DNA of 64,000 bases from Azolla caroliniana (Eukaryota; Plantae; Polypodiophyta). Location: positions 2,976,001 through 3,040,000 of the forward strand of contig JBHGNT010000004.1 of NCBI GenBank assembly GCA_043228905.1, in the 5' to 3' direction. Position numbers and translations under genes: made by a program. Under the pieces are notes generated by a model, which worked only from the letters and a program-made list of their open reading frames with translations, ran no database searches and was not told the DNA's origin. Numbering within the stretch: the stretch's first letter is position 1; each line of letters begins with the position of its first letter. This document shows positions 25,801-37,037 of this stretch, in pieces.

Positions 25801-28024
25801 CTGGCTATCCATACCAGGAAACAGCAGTACGCCTCTATTCGCAAGAGAGATTTATTAGTTGTTCTTGAGCCAAGATTCTCAATTGCCATAAAGATAACCA
25901 ATAATTTCTACATTCAACCCAAACACCCCACTTTACCATCGTGGTTGGCAGATATCTATCCATTGTTCTTGAGTCAGGCTCCTCAAGTGGCACGAAGACT
26001 TTTTACAAGCTCACACACTTCACCGTCATGATTAGCACACATGTTCTCTAAGTTGTATACCTCTATTTTTTAGCACAAACCCAATAGATAAACAAATAAT
26101 GAGAAGACTAGCTCAGCGGAACAGGAAGTTTTCAATATGAGATCACACAGTTAATCTCAAAGATGTCATCAAAGAGAGATGGGCATATATGATTTTACTG
26201 CAGATTTCAACTCAATTCGAAAGAAAGACACAAATGACTTCAGTTTTCTCAGGTAATGCATGTGGAGGACCATGACACTGTATGTTAAGACCTGAAAAGT
26301 TTCATCTTGTCTTATCTTGCTTCAGTTTTGTAGAAAGATACCAAAGCTCCATGTACATATATTTATTTAGAGAGAACTAGAGGGATGGATGTACCTCTCT
26401 CTGAAGTGATTCATCGAGCTCTCGTTTCTCATCAGGTGTGATTCCAGGGGCATATAATTCCGAGAGACATGTGCGAATGCTGTAGAAAGTATCAGCAGAA
26501 GAGTAAGGAAACCGAAACCATATATCTATGAAAGATGAATTATGCACATGCTAGGCAAAAGGGCATACCGCCCATGTTTCTGGAGCAAGGACCGACGAAC
26601 AGATTGTGTGGGGTGGGCAGTTAACACCAGATCCACTGTCTGGCACTTCAAAGCCTCGAAGATTTCCTTAGGAGACTTCTGAAGATCATAAACAAGCCTT
26701 CTAAATGTCTCATCAATGTCAGATTCGGTGAGAGCACAGTTCTCATCGCCAATATCCCCAGTTTTCGTCTTGATTCTGCGACGGTATGCAATCTGAACTT
26801 CTTCTGCCAAATTGCCAAGATTAAGCATGTGGGAAAAAGAACTGGATACCACGATTGAATTCCCTGCATCGAAACTATTGAGTATTTTGGCCAAATCTTC
26901 AAGCTTTTCAGCATCCTGATGACCTTCAGAGCTTCCGTACTCTCCTGCAAGCTCATAGCATCTTTGAACCTGAACAGGAAAAAGACACATCTTCATGAAA
27001 AGATTCCATCAGACATAAAAAAGAATGCTTCCAAGTGAGGGTCCATGGAAAGCCTCCGTGAATAGAAAAATAATGTCGTCAGGCAAAGCTTCATGAAAAA
27101 CCTCCAAGAGCAAAAGAAAGAAAAACTTGTGAAAATGCTCCTAGAGAAGCAGAAAGAAAGCCTTCATGCAACAGAATCAGTGGATGTCTTTGTGAGCAGA
27201 TATAAAGAAAAGCCTACATGCAAAGATCCATGCAATGCATTCATGAACAAAGTTTTGATGCCTTCCCACAAGCAAAGGTTCATGGAATTTCCTTCTTGAA
27301 CAGGAAAAAGAGAGCATTCCAACTTTAAATGGAAAGCCTTCAAGGACAGGAAAAAGAATGCTTTAGTACAAATAATCAAGTAAAACCTTCATGAACGGAG
27401 AGCAAAAATCCGTCATACTAAGATTCATGGAGAACTTTCATGAACAGAAGAAGAAAGAAAGGTTTCATCCCAAAATTCAAGGAAATCGTATACAGAAGAT
27501 CGAAACTTGATGGAAAACCATCAATAACAGGAAAAGGCGGGTTTGTAGCAATGTTTCAACTCGAGACTAAGAAATGCTGCATATCATATGAATACCACAG
27601 GTGCAAAAGGTCAGAAGATATGCCAACACAAGAAACTTCGGGTGCACAAATACGAGAAATTTATGTAAAACAGAGTATATGAATACTGTGGATAAGTGAT
27701 AATAGAAAGAGTAGGAAGAGGAATGGATGAATGAATAGGCGTTACCGTCTCTTTCATGTCCTCGCCATGGAGATCTTGAAGCACGTCAAGGAAGCGATCA
27801 AGAAGTAGAAAATCATATTCTACTAGCTTATCATCTTCAGAAACACGGTCTGGAACAAGCTGTCTCATGTGAGCATCCAGAGACTTGGAAGAGACGAGCT
27901 GTCTACCATTACTTATACCACTACGGCTACTAGTACCATTGTTAGAGCTCTCGTTCTGATCCACAATAACAACAGAAGGAGGGGTTTTGGCTGAGTACTG
28001 ATCTGTGTGGCTACTTGGATCCAT
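22817..28024 (-). CDS. PPC: Plant-type phosphoenolpyruvate carboxylase, 999 aa, non-C4 signature
   Basis: Ten exons (27746-28024, 26569-26969, 26395-26479, 25425-25647, 25221-25324, 24969-25056, 24736-24890, 23649-24647, 23172-23558, 22817-23095) total 3000 nt. Motifs include [50 protein letters not shown] (Ala, non-C4), LKQRL (Arg retained) and C-terminal MQNTG. Confidence 0.98.
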
Positions 28025-28043
28025 GGCGAAAACGCTCTCTCTA

Positions 28044-28048
<5 letters not shown>

Positions 28049-28131
<83 letters not shown>
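28049..28131 (-). repeat. (GA)n microsatellite (about 41 units) in the PEPC 5' leader
   Basis: A perfect CT run on the plus strand ends about 25 nt upstream of the PEPC ATG. Confidence 0.95.
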
Positions 28132-28135
<4 letters not shown>

Positions 28136-28201
28136 TTCTTACTGTCTCTGATGATCTCTTGCTCTTCTCTTTCTAGTCTCTTTGTGAGGCCTACCCGAGA
28201 G

Positions 28202-28209
28202 CTTTTATA
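28202..28209 (-). promoter_or_regulatory. Putative PEPC TATA box
   Basis: TATAAAAG lies on the minus strand about 180 nt upstream of the ATG, just 5' of the GA-rich leader. Confidence 0.5.
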
Positions 28210-29093
28210 AGATTCCAGATCCGCATAATAGGAATAGGTTCTTTTCTGCTTTTTGCTTTACTTATAATTTTTTACAGCGTGGTTTAGTAAAATCCGCCAT
28301 CGCCGAAATATCTGCAGAGGGCAGTCCAAAAAGCAAAAGAAAGGCGAACAAAATATATCTCTCCTTTTCTTTCTTTCTTTCTCTCTTTACAAGAACGTTA
28401 TTATATCGCACTCTTTCTCTGACCTGTCGCCTGTTGGAAGCTATTTGACAAAAAGAAAAAGAATGGTCCCTCTGTAATTCTTTGTCATTCTGTCTTTACT
28501 TTTTACTCTCTCTGTGTCTGCAGCAACTTGATCTCCGCCATGAATGCAAAATCGATTTAACGGAAGAAATCGTCAAAGAAAGGGAGCTGAACTGATCAAA
28601 AAAGAAGACGAAGAAGATTATGATGAAGAGGAAGAGGACAAGCGGAGCCGTAAATTCTTTTCTTTTGTTCATGAATCATGACACACGGACATAAGTAAAA
28701 CGAGGAAAACCTGCAGAGAGAGAGAGAGATCCTTTCTGCGTGTGGATGTGATGAGCAAAAGGACAGGCGCCTGCAGAAAAAGCAGAAACCCTAGATTGAA
28801 AAAGCAGAAACGCAATTAATTCGTCATTTTCTTCCCTTTCTTTCTTTTTTATCTTCTCTTTTTTCTTTTTCTTTCTTTTTTATCTTCTCTTGGCAAGGCC
28901 GCGCGAAATTTTTGAATTAATATTATTAATTACTCCTTTTATTTCGTTATAAGTTATTAACTAATAAAAGAATTTCGAATTAAATTTTGAGAATGATTTA
29001 TAAAAAAATTTATTTCGTGCACTACTAATGTCTGTCTCTGGTTCGTAATGTATCATTTTATTTCGTTATAAGTTATAACTAATAAAAGGATTT

Positions 29094-30222
29094 TTATCTC
29101 TCATCCCGAAAGGTAGGGGACCACTAGACAGGCTCGAAGGCTCTTAATTGCGAGACACTGGGACACCAACACAGAATAACGCAACTCGAGTACTCCCGTA
29201 TATTGGTCATAAATGGATTGTAGATCCTGATCTGATCAAAGTACAACCTGATTGGCACATATGTACTCATGAAAACACATGGCTACGTAAGGTCAGTTGG
29301 GACCCTTTGCAATGGACATGGCGTGATCCCTACGCGGGGCAAGGAAGTAAACTCATCCCTTTCTTCCAATTCACAACTAGATTGGGTCGCCACATTCTAG
29401 CTGCTCAAACCGCCCGAGAGCCAACTGTTGCGAAGGTCTAGCGTCTGGCACACATTTCAAGTTCCTTCCACAATAATCACCAAGTTTTGGCAGAAAATCT
29501 AGAAACAACAACACGCGAGGCGAATTACCACGTTCCAATGGCTATTGATACATAAGTCCCTACCGGTGGGAGCATGACAATGTGGGAACCTTAGCTCTCC
29601 TAATTGTGTAGAGTGCCCACAAGCAGTAGAATCAATATGACACGCTTTGTGGGACTGCCCAATGTCCCATTGAATATGGCGGGGGGTTGACCGCTTGTTA
29701 CAATTATTCCAGGTGCAAGGCTCGATCAACTAGGAAAATATATGTTGGCTATCATGGTAGACCCCAGTTGGCAGATACGAGCATCGGGAGGAGGGGATGC
29801 CTTTGGTGATAAAAGCACAAGAGGTCCTTTTCTCCTCTAGCGGCAATGTCCATTCCACTCCTCTTAATGACAAATCTCAAGAGGTGTTGGAATTGGTCAA
29901 CCCAATAACTCTTTGGATTCTATGGAAACAACTGTGTAGGCAAGTATTCTCCAACCAAACCGCACATCCAACAAGGTTACTGCAAGAGATATGGAGTGAA
30001 ATTGTAGCCACTATGAAGAGCCAATATGCTGGCCTTAAGGGCGACTCCGATGGAGTTGAAAGACAACGAATAGCCATCATCTAACAATGGTTGTCCTCTC
30101 CCTTTCTTGAGGTAATGGGCATATGGAACTATCGCGTCCCTACAGGGATTTCTACATAATCATCTCATTTGTAAAATTTTATAACTAATGGAAGGAGTTT
30201 TTGTTTTGGAAATAAATAAATA
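29094..30222 (+). mobile_element. 5'-truncated L1-type LINE with A-rich tail and 13-bp TSD
   Basis: Degraded ORF2 C-terminus with zf-RVT-like WLLIHKSLPVGA..CVECPQAVES..HALWDCP and ITLWILWK, followed by an (AAAT)n tail. AATAAAAGGATTT occurs at both 29081-29093 and 30223-30235. Confidence 0.85.
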
Positions 30223-30575
30223 AATAAAAGGATTTCAAATTAAAATTTGAGAATGATTTATTAAAAAGAAGACCTTATTTCGTAAACCAATGTCTTGTCT
30301 TTGGTTCATATATGTACGTGTATATGCATTATACATGTACACATAGTATGAACCATACATACCATACGTGCCTTCATATTCGATCATGTTTCGTGCATTC
30401 GCGTAAGGTAAAATACCCTCGAAGTATGGTAAATACCATACTTTTGTATCCATTATTTATTATAAGGTAATTTTTTTTTTAGGTAAGAAAGTTAAGATAA
30501 AAACTGTAAAAAAATTTGTCTGCATTCGTATGAAAAGGAATGTTTGGCTATGCATTCGAGTATATTACATACTAC

Positions 30576-30576
<1 letters not shown>

Positions 30577-30653
<77 letters not shown>

Positions 30654-30675
30654 GTGTATGTGTATGTATATGTAT
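30577..30675. repeat. (TGTATA)n hexanucleotide microsatellite
   Basis: A visible run of TGTATA units degenerates to TGTATG. Confidence 0.95.
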
Positions 30676-33600
30676 ACATTCTTCTATTTTCAAAGGATAT
30701 AATTTCATTGTTTTACTAGCTCAGCTAATAATATCCAAGCTTTGTCTGCAGCTCTATACCAAAAGATAATGGTCTGCATATCTTTTCTCCGCAACTTGCA
30801 TTGTCACCAATGCCAATCATTGTCCACTCACGTTGCGGGAACACATTAGATTGTGGGGGTACATACACGTGCCAACAAGTTACTACGTGTGTGTTAGATC
30901 TGCTCATGTGTACGTAGCCCAAACTGCCCCCAAGGTTCCATTGCCTTAAATTTCATGAACCTTTGCCAATGCATCTGATTGTTTAGAAGGTATGTTTATA
31001 TTTAAACTTCACATGCCTTGCCAATTCAAGCATAAGTTCTTGACTGTTCTGAAGGTAAGTTTATATTTAAACTTTTTGTAGGACGGATCTCATTATATTT
31101 CTTTGACATGATAAGTTTTGTATTTGTCTTACATATAATGATATATGTGAAGCAATCTTCTGCTCACCACTCTCTCAAAGGGCAATATTCTCAAATGTTT
31201 TTTTGCCAACAACCTATCTTCACCCTAGACCTACAATGATTGACAAAATTCAATCTACATTAACATCTTAGAGCTTTAAGATTTCAAACTCTCGTTTCTT
31301 TTTTGTGCACTTTTCGAATCTATTTCTCTATTCAAATTAACAAGATTGAGTGAGTATTGGGGCCATTAACTAATTGTTGCTACACTCTTTGATATATTCG
31401 TTGCAAATATTATAACATTTTATTCTAATCACAATCATTATTGTTGCTATTATTTGAGTTTTGCACCTTGGATGTTTTCATGCTTGCTTCATCATTTCTT
31501 GTTTTAGTGGACGCCTTTGAAATCAATTCATTTCTCGTTCAGTTTTAATATCAGTATCAAAGAAGAATATTAAATGTTTTCAAGTAATGCCGAAGCCCCA
31601 ATCAATGTTTCTCAATCATGTTTTATTGACTCCGAGGGATCTAATTTCACTGTAATTTTTATTTCATTTTGTCTCCCGATGATAGTCTCAAAAGTGTGTT
31701 ATAAAAGTCAGCTAGAAATTATTTCTTTGATTTAATACTCTTGGAAACTTGATCCTTGTGAAAGTCTAATGTTGTAGAAAATTAATAACAACTGAGAGAA
31801 TAAACTTCCTAAAGGTGACAAGACAACACTTCAATAATTTAGATATGTAAAGTTGTTGAAATGAGATGGGATGTGGCCCTTCAATTTTGCCACCAACCTC
31901 TTACGAATATTTGAAATATGTCACCCCAACATAGAATATGCCATAGTTATTTTTCAGTTGTCCGAATAGTTCACATTTGTTATTTCCATAAGCTATAGTA
32001 TCCTAGTATTCGGTTGCCCCCTCTCTGTCTTTAGGGCCTTGCAGGATTCTAGATGGCTTCTCCTTTAGCCATCCATGAGTTTTCTTATATGCATCCTTTT
32101 TTATCGCAACATTATCCCCCAAGCATATGTTACTTGAAAAAAAGTATCGTACACACATCCCCCATATACAACCTCTTTGTTTATTTGCATTACTTTTGTG
32201 GACATAGATAGCTCGCAATTAATTATTGCGTTGTAGTTGTTTGAAGTGACCTAACGTGAGATCTTAGGCCATGTTCCACATGCGGCAAATATAATGTCAT
32301 TGTCTTTGAGTATCCTTTCCAACATGTTATACTTTCATCCCTTCCCTTTCATGCACTACAAAATGCTTATCCAAAAAATATACACACGGTATTTGAAGAT
32401 GTTTTCAATTTGTATATGAACAACAAAGCGTGCGTTCAAAACCATTTCCCCATTTCTATTTATACCTAGTTTTGTATTTGCTCTTCTGCATTTTCTACCG
32501 TACATGAAATGAGGAAAGGATTGTCAATGTTTCAACAAGGTTATGGCTTAATCATATGATGAGCAACCAAAATGTATGCAATCACATGGTACTAAACAAA
32601 TAGTTGATCGATTGTGACAAGATTGTCAAGAGGGCGTGAAGGACTCTCGTTAGTAACCTATAGGGTTCAATGGTAAGGTGAAATTCCTAATTCGACATCT
32701 TCCACATTGCATGTGTTCCAAGAAGTTGATAGTTTGATTCTTGCCAATTCATTACTATTACAACTTCTAGTGTTGGCTTTGTATGTGTGTGGTCATTCTT
32801 AAGGATCATATAATATTAGGAAAAAGAATGGGAACACATCGAAGAGTCATTGTTATTGATTTACATGTATGGCTAGTGCGACGTGCATGAGCTCATAAAA
32901 GGGTTTGAATAGGCACTTGACCATTGTGTTTCATTTTTTCATTCTCTCTATTTTCGTGCCATTATGTTTCTTGTGTAACATTTCTTACTCCCATTGTGTT
33001 TTTCATCAGTAAATGCACTACCCGCTCTTTTACATATATACATCTCTCTCTTTACAATTCTCTCCCATTCTCATGAGTCGCTAATGGGGAATAGAGGCTT
33101 AGTTATTGTTTTGATGTCATGGATGTGACGCCGCAAGTTCCTTTATATTGCTTGGATTTATATTCGATGAAGTCTAATGCCAAATTCTAAGTGTTGGTTC
33201 CTAGGTTCCTAAGCATAAACCAATGGAAGTATATTCATTATAAAAGTTTAGGAAACAAAGTAGTGATATTATAACATTTAGAAAAAAATTATAATATTTT
33301 ATCATCATGGATGTGAATTGTCTCAAAGAAAATATAGCTAGTTCAACATACCAAATTTTGTTAATGAAAATTGAATAACCTTTTCATCATTTCATTATAT
33401 TAGCTTGATATGAGACATTGAATTGGTGATTATTCGAATGTTAAATCAAATTTTCTCTATATTTTTCGAAATGATGTATATTTGTAATTGCAATATTTTG
33501 TAAACTCTCAATCACATTTCTGTTGGCTAGTGTCATGATTTGAAAGGTGCGTTGATTTTCGAGTGAAAGCTCGTGGACGGAATCGTTCATAAAGAAAAGG

Positions 33601-33960
33601 GTGCGTGGTGTGCCCTACAATCCTACACTATTTTTTGGTTCATGTGTGACACAATGATATCATCCATATCATTGTGTGCATATTTATTTTTCCATGCGAT
33701 AGTGCCCATAACTTATCGGGTTTGTGAAAGTGAAAACATGTGGCAAATGTTTTAAAGAGTGTCGGCTTACCATTGATGACCTTTTTTCTAACAAAGGGAA
33801 GCAATGACGTTGACCAAATCATCCTTCTTTGTATTGTGAATGTACACTGCTATTAACAATTTCTAGTTGTGTTTTTTTCTTTCTTGATACTATGTTACAT
33901 TAGGCAAATGTACCATATTTCGTGAACTTCTTTAAGTGATGTAACGGAAGTAGTGGCCTC

Positions 33961-34094
33961 CATAACTACATATTGTCATATAGTGTATATAAAGTGAAGG
34001 CCAATGTGTTTATAACCATAACTACCTATTATCTTACATACAATGTACATAAAGTGAAGGCCAATGTGGTGTACATAAACCGAAGGCCAATGTG
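33961..34094. repeat. Short tandem repeat (about 56-60 bp, two copies plus a partial copy)
   Basis: CATAACTAC...TGTAYATAAAGTGAAGGCCAATGTG is repeated, with a third GAAGGCCAATGTG. Confidence 0.8.
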
Positions 34095-35277
34095 GATAGG
34101 TCATTCTAATTTTCAAGTACAATTTGAAGTTCTTGATGTTGCCACATGTCATCAAAATTTTAGTATAGAGTTTAGACTACTTGTTAAAGGGCGATATTTT
34201 TTCCTAAAAATTTCGTCTAAAAGTTGTCGTATTTTCAAATAATAAAGCATGACCTGTCAGTATGTTTTGATTAGAATGACCTATTCATAGTAGAATTTTA
34301 TTTCTTCTTCTTCATTAGGTCAATAACTTGATCATGGGACTTAGAAGCATGCAACTTCATCCAACATTTTGATGCACACACATTTTTACAATTGCATGTG
34401 AAACATTGACATATGAGCAAATATTTCCCGTATAACACAATCTCGATTGATTTCCAAATGAATCATTGCAATTAAAAAGTGAGTTAGAGGCCTACATTAG
34501 TGCTCTTGGTAACAAAATGACACCTCAAATTTATATCAATTCTCAAATGTACTTGTGATGTTATATATGATTTATGGTGTAACCACATCAAAGATCATGT
34601 AAGCGTATACTCAAGGTAGCACAAGAGCGGGCTTGAAAGCCTATTCTACACATGCCATGTGTGTGTGTGGGGTAGGTTAACTATCAGTGTGTGAAAAATA
34701 GAACGAAGGAGAAGAGAAAGATATGATGAAGTTAGTGGGCGAGGAGAGATGTGAAGGGGTGTACAGTCCTCATGGTGACACAAGTGGGAGTAAAAATCCA
34801 CAAAGGAAGAGGGTTTCAATCGACAACAAGCATCTTGTGACACAAAAACATTGTGGCTTGTGCCTCAAACAAACATCACGTGATGTGAAATGTAGTCTAA
34901 TTTCTTACTAGCTCATATGGCATAACATTTCCTCAATAATAGTCTCGTAGAGGTTATATATGGAGGAGGAGATGCATGCTATTATTATATGTAGTGTGTA
35001 TTCATTGAACAAAAGCACCACCAAAATGATTCATCATGTTTGAGTGTTGTACGTTCTCTCGACAAGGACCTTTTATGTTGCTATTTGAAGTAGAAGGTTT
35101 TGTGGGTTGCTTATGTTCATAGAAGCTCGATCGGGCTAGTTATTGTGGTATCCCACAATGTCCATCAAACAAGAACCCATTTATCATTGTCAAGTTAAAC
35201 CACATCCCCCAATACCTCAAGTACTCTCTCTCTCTCATGCAGGTCTACCTTTCTCCCTCCAATGAAACTTTAACTAA

Positions 35278-35617
35278 GGGGTACGGTTTAGGGCGTTGAC
35301 TCGGCTCAAGCCTAAACCAAACTGCTAAACCGTTTGTAAACCGTTTGGCGGTTTGGCTCAACTTGGTTCAAGCTTGAGCTTCCTTAACCAATTTCAGCTC
35401 GTTTTGGGATGGCACAAGCCAAACCGTACCATTTGGGGCTAAACTAGTTCGCAAATCGGTTAAGGCTTAATGACTTTGGATGAACCAGTTCCTAAAGTGG
35501 TTTATGCTAAACCGGTTTAGGAGCAGTTTGAAAAAACCCAAACTGGGTAAGGCTTAACCGGTTTGGTTTGGACTAGGCCACACCGGTTGAGCAGAAACCA
35601 AACCGTTGCCATTTGTA
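35278..35617 (+). mobile_element. AACC/GGTT-rich MITE-like element, family 2, copy A
   Basis: Dense AAACCG/CGGTTT motifs. The reverse complement aligns by eye with 49460-49725. Confidence 0.65.
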
Positions 35618-36129
35618 GGGGTACCCTCGTAGCAATTAATAGAAAAGCCTACAAAAAATTCTTTCTTTGAAGAAATCACAGGAAAATGTGAATTTGATAC
35701 AGCGTAAGACTCTATCCCGCCCCCCCCCCCCCTTTCTTAACCATAAAAATTCTGCTTAATTTCTTAATCTCGCCAAAGGTGTGGTTTAATCACAGTATCC
35801 TTTTCATGAGGAATCTGATTCCCAAGTCATTGTTTTCCATCGCTTTATGAGGAAATAATAACGAAACCGTGATTATTGAAACAGATCTCCAAATACTTCA
35901 TTCTACTAGTATTTGGTTATCTACGTGAAATTGTACCGAGTCCATGTCTACTAAGGTTCAGATACATGTGCCTGTCCATTCAAACAAAACAAATATACAG
36001 CCATGCTTCAGGATTTAGGTTTCGATGGTGGAGGCACCAACATCAAAAAATCATCACTCATTGGACCGAAAGAAAAAGCACCAAGATTTGGAGATCAATC
36101 AAGTTCTTCTCTTTGAACACCATAATAAT

Positions 36130-36430
36130 AGGGCTCACTTAACGTATGGGAAAGTTTTGATCCATTTGTACATATTCTACGGGAATATTGCGCACACCAT
36201 AAATAACGTGGCTGTAAAGAAATTGGGGCTGCTATCTCTATTTTCAAGCGATTCAAATCCAATGAAAGTAATGTTCGTTTTGAGCCCAATATGTAGATTT
36301 GCCTTCTCTGGTTATTGGAAAATGGGTGCTCATGCGTGTGGTAATAGTCAGTGTGAAACAATTTGAAAGGGTAGCTTCATGAGCCTTTCGTCCGAATGAT
36401 AATCTTACACGAGCCATACAGGATATTTTC
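36130..36430 (+). pseudogene. Possible decayed PPR gene N-terminal fragment
   Basis: Stop- and frameshift-interrupted FVHILREYC, RFEPN, ACG and PN...SYTS..IQ(G)Y resemble the first motifs of PLS-PPR proteins. The match is weak. Confidence 0.3.
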
Positions 36431-37037
36431 CTTCTGTTTTCAGCTGTCATCCTATCATCATTCTTTTATTGATGATGGTAAAACCATGATGTGATAAATC
36501 TGATCTCCACTCTATTAGTGATATTTTTATTGACCTTACCTAGAGGCTTAATCATTCTATTATTGATACTACCATCCACATGTGGACAAGACAACGCTTC
36601 TCTTTTGAACTCAACTTATCATGGACTGCATGATATGTTGAATTTGTATTAAAAACGATAACCAAATATGGGTAACCAGTAACTACTATACCATGCATGT
36701 CCTATCTAGCACACATGATATACCTCATATTATCTGCAAAATTGACATTTCAGAAGATTCTAAGAAAAGCAAATATTGGTATATTGCATATATTTTGACA
36801 ATATTTAAGTCACATTGGATGTGTTAGAATCGCATGTAGCTTACTTTATTTCCATTTTTATAAACGTTATAAAATAGCTGTAGAATACAGGCGGCTGACA
36901 TCTCCACCTAAAATGTGCAAAATTATCAATGCAAATAGATCCAATTTTGATTGGAGTGAGTTCACTCCATGTGTTTTTTGCATAAAAATCAGTTGTTTTT
37001 TTAGTTGGAAGGCTTTGCCAATTGAACTCTTTTGAAC

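Noticed and set aside
22817-28024. C4-type or bacterial-type PEPC
   Set aside because: Ala in IFAWTQ, Arg in LKQRL, the ten-exon structure and the C-terminal QNTG indicate a non-C4 plant-type enzyme.
28007-30769. Poly-LS and poly-YV ORFs
   Set aside because: These are translation artefacts of the (CT)n and (TGTATA)n microsatellites.
31000-35200. Hidden gene between PEPC and iPGAM
   Set aside because: Only short ORFs without recognisable motifs or a consistent splice pattern are present. It is probably decayed repeats, which I could not classify.
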